Source: Macrostomum lignano (Eukaryota). Taken from it: a stretch of 53,732 bases of DNA. The position numbers and the translations under genes are program-made. Shown here in pieces: positions 50,301-53,732 of this stretch. The notes under the pieces are model-generated. The model was not told the origin of the DNA. It did no database searches and was given only the letters and a program-made list of their open reading frames with translations. Position 1 is the stretch's first letter, and the number at the start of each line of letters is the position of its first letter. The stretch covers positions 1 to 53,732 of the forward strand of contig NIVC01002780.1 of the NCBI GenBank assembly GCA_002269645.1. The letters run 5' to 3'.

Positions 50301-53300
50301 CAGCAGCAGTACCGGGCCGCACCAACAGGTCCCAGCCTCCCAGGCTCTAAGGGCGGACAAAGGAACAACAACATCCACGGGCGCCCCGGTCAAACTCACG
50401 CAGCAATGCTTCACAGCTAACTCCATTGCCTTCAGCACACACGCGCCTGTAGTAAAACGGAAATCGAGAAACTGGCAGCTCTCCTAGGCGACCCACTCCG
50501 ATCCCAATGAGATGGAGAAAGCGACGCGAGAGAGAATCGGGCAATCCAGAGCCCGATAGTGTTTGCGCAAAGCAAATATTCGAGGTCTCGCGACCCGCTA
50601 CTCCGATCCGCTCGCTCTGCCCGGTGCGCGAGGCCACACTTTCTCCATCAATGCGGCGCCGCAATGGCCAAGCCAGTCAGCAGGCTTCGGGCTGCACTTG
50701 AAAAATCCGTGGGTGCAGCAAGCTGAGCAAGGTTGGCCTCCCGGGTTGATTCCCCGCTAGCCTCTCCCTGTAACTCATTAGAGATTCCCAGCTCAATCAA
50801 CGCTTTTACAGAGACGGATCGGGTTGACCCAAGTGACGCGCTTCGGCTAGACGCATTCTAGCCTATAGCTATGGGGGAGTGCCGTTTAGGCCCCAGTCAA
50901 CAAGTAGCGAGAAATGGCGGTCCGAAGGCACTGGCAGACTCGAGACCAAGTGAGGTGCCCAGACTACGGATAGAATATGGCGCCGCCACAGTGGAGCGAG
51001 AGTATAGGCCAATCAGGACTGTTTTTCCTGGCAAAACTTGGAAACAACTGAAGAAATATTTACTCTCCAATTGCAAGTGCACGCGCACTGCTGAGAAACA
51101 AAGCAGCTATGATGAGTTTCAGCGGCTCTCTCGTGTGTCAAGCCATCTTTACATACTGAGCAGCTCATCTCTTTGGCAGCTTTGAAAGCAAACACGCACG
51201 CTCTAGACGCATATCACAATTTTTTTTAACCAGATCAAAAGTTCAATGGGACAGGCAGACAAGTCAAACCTTGAGCGTGTCAACAGTGAAAAAGCAATGT
51301 GGAATGAGACGACAAAGACGTGAGCAGAAGACGAGAGCAGTGAGAATAACAATTGCAAAACTGTATTGTCTGCTCTTGGCTTTACAGCCGCAATTGACTG
51401 ACAGGCGGCCACTGGACGCTACTGCCTGCCTGACAGACTTCTCCAAAGCAGCAGCTCTTATTCAGGGACCATCTGCACACAGGACAGTGCATATTACAGA
51501 CTGACAGGGCTAATTTGAGCTTAAGCTAGCCACCGAACACTCTCAGCCTCTATCTCACAATCCATAGTCCTATTTAACACATTGTCTAAACACTCGATGG
51601 ACCAAACAAATTCAGACAGTCCCGTCGTCCAGAATGAAAAAAGTCTCGCCTATTCACGCATGTCCCACGCGTATACATGTCTATAGACCAAAAACTGAGC
51701 CAGAACCTCAGAAAAGTACAGCCAACACGGGCCCAGATAGGATATCGAAGTGGGGGACGAGCAATTTGATACTGACCAAGCAGATGTTGTAAAAGCGTTT
51801 CTATGAAATTTGAAAAAAACTTACACTTTCAAAGTCGCAAGTTGCAATACGCGCGGTTAATCAGGACTTTGCGTTTCGGTATCTTTTCTCAATAGGCTTT
51901 TTCTATTCAGACTGGCTGAATGTGTTCTTTGAAAACCAGAATGATGCTCGTACAGTTGTCAAACGAACACCACTATAGAGCCAATAAAAATGCTGCTAAG
52001 ACTATGTAACGCCTGACCGGGGACCTAGGATTGGACATGGGCTGGAGCAGAACACGCACCTATAACATCTTGCTATCCGAGGCCAGCTATAAGTCATCAG
52101 CTATAAGTCATCATAATTTACTTATTCATATTTCAAAACGAGCTCTTCATTATACCATTTTGATTTCTGCGAAGGTTACTCAACTAACAAGTACTTAGTC
52201 TGTCTCTGGCTTGAGAATTTCGACTAGTTTGCTACCAGTCCAGCTCTTTTTCTCTCGATGTCCCTGGCTTAAGCAACGCTCTAAGTCAACTGTCCATGAG
52301 CGCTTCCAGCCCAAGCCTGTATAAGCTAATCTCTCCTTGTTAAAATATGACCCACTAAAAGAGAACACGAGCAACAAAAATAAGAAACTAGAAATGAACT
52401 TCCAGGCGTGTGAAACTTCCAGGCACCAAAAAGCCATTTCTAGCTTGTAAAGCAGGCTGCTAGCAGTGATACGCGCTCTTAAGAAATTCATTAAACATTT
52501 TTATACCTGCCTGTGTTTCTCCACTCACATTAACTTAAAGAGGCCCAAACCACAGAAGCGTCAGCAAAAAAATTCAAGCAAGTTGTTAAACAACACAATC
52601 GATGAAACACGCTAAGACGAGTATTTGCAATCTTGAATCATGCGCAACACTGTTTCACTGATGTCACATCCTCCCTTCTAGCAGCATAGTCAACCAGTGC
52701 ATTGTATTGCCCAGATGTTGTTAAATTTGCTTTTCTTTCCCCACTTCCCTCCGCGCCATCTTATTACATCCTCTTGTCGCAGTTCTTCTACCCGCCACGG
52801 CCGTCCTCATTTTTCCAAACAAAAACGAAAGACGCCGGCCGGCTTGCATAGCCGACAAGTATTTGGGCAGGTAAAAATGGCTAAGAGGGAGCTAAAGCTG
52901 CAGACGGGGCGGGGGACGGTGGGTGAGCGGCGCTCAACAAGCAACAAACAGTCGACTCACTAACCATACAGGTGCTGCCTGTAAGCACTGGCAAGGGAAG
53001 GGCTACTGAGTCATCCAGAATCCCTCCTACTGTTTTTCTCCCCCACCCTTCCTCCTCATCTCAGCCGGCAACCCTCTTCTAGTTTATTAATGCCATCGCC
53101 TAAAAACCCATAGTAGAGAGCGAAGGGGGAGGGAGCAGTCGCCAAAAAGCCCACTCCCATCCCATTTTTCCCTCTACTTCTCAATCCAAGCGTCATGCAC
53201 CAGCCAGCCCCTTCAGTGGATGAAGCGGAGTAGATGCTGGGGGCCAGCAGAAACACACACAGACCGGGACCGCCTCACAAATATTAAATAGCATTTTACT

Positions 53301-53732
53301 GTTGCAGAGCTGGCAGGAGGGGAGAAAGACAGAAGCCCTGCCGAAGCACGCAGGGCCTGTGGCGCGCTGGCGCGGATGATTCAGAAGCCGAGATGAGAGG
53401 CTTGAGAGGCTGGGCTATTCAATAGGGAAAACATTTACTAAGCCAATCCCTGCCAATTTTTTAATCCGGACAATGTCTAAAAAATTACCGTGCAACAACT
53501 GACCGCCTATATGAGAGAGCACGACTCACACTGCGCCTATAGGCAGCCTCATGTAAGCAGCTTTTGCAGTAAACAAAAGTCTCCGCAATTTCGGTCAAAT
53601 GAGCTTGACCAGTTTCTCCAGCACAGAGGCACATTAGACTTCTCTTCATGCTAAAAGTGCTTTAATGAAAAAACTTGCATATCTGCTTGAGTAGCTAACA
53701 CCGTAGCGGCAATAAACTCATTTTCAGGCAAA

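Noticed and set aside
52696-52712. miR-33-like GTGCATTGTATTGC; other seed-only matches to miR-31 (47822), miR-96 (48069) and miR-184 (3356)
   Set aside because: Only partial matches, with no supporting precursor stem.

Overview
Animal-type eukaryotic DNA that is mostly intronic or intergenic. It is not prokaryotic: there are no operons, CRISPR arrays or complete genes. About 28% of the window (roughly 15 kb, my sum of approximate array extents) is about 20 separate micro- and minisatellite arrays with 4-47 bp units, and these account for all the long 'ORFs' in the track. Recognisable dispersed elements are a tRNA-derived CORE-type SINE (full copies at 5993-6301 + and 43015-43322 -, plus a head-only copy at 42883-43002 +) and an unclassified ~120-210 bp repeat in three copies (18.6, 36.9, 40.3 kb) whose hairpin shows a compensatory base-pair change. 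Two candidate minus-strand signal-peptide exons (3581-3727, 21405-21456) end in phase-1 GTAAG donors, and there are several weaker micro-exon candidates and isolated near-perfect hairpins. No protein family can be named with confidence. The CORE-SINE points to a bilaterian; the very high minisatellite density is reminiscent of the flatworm Macrostomum, but that is only a guess.
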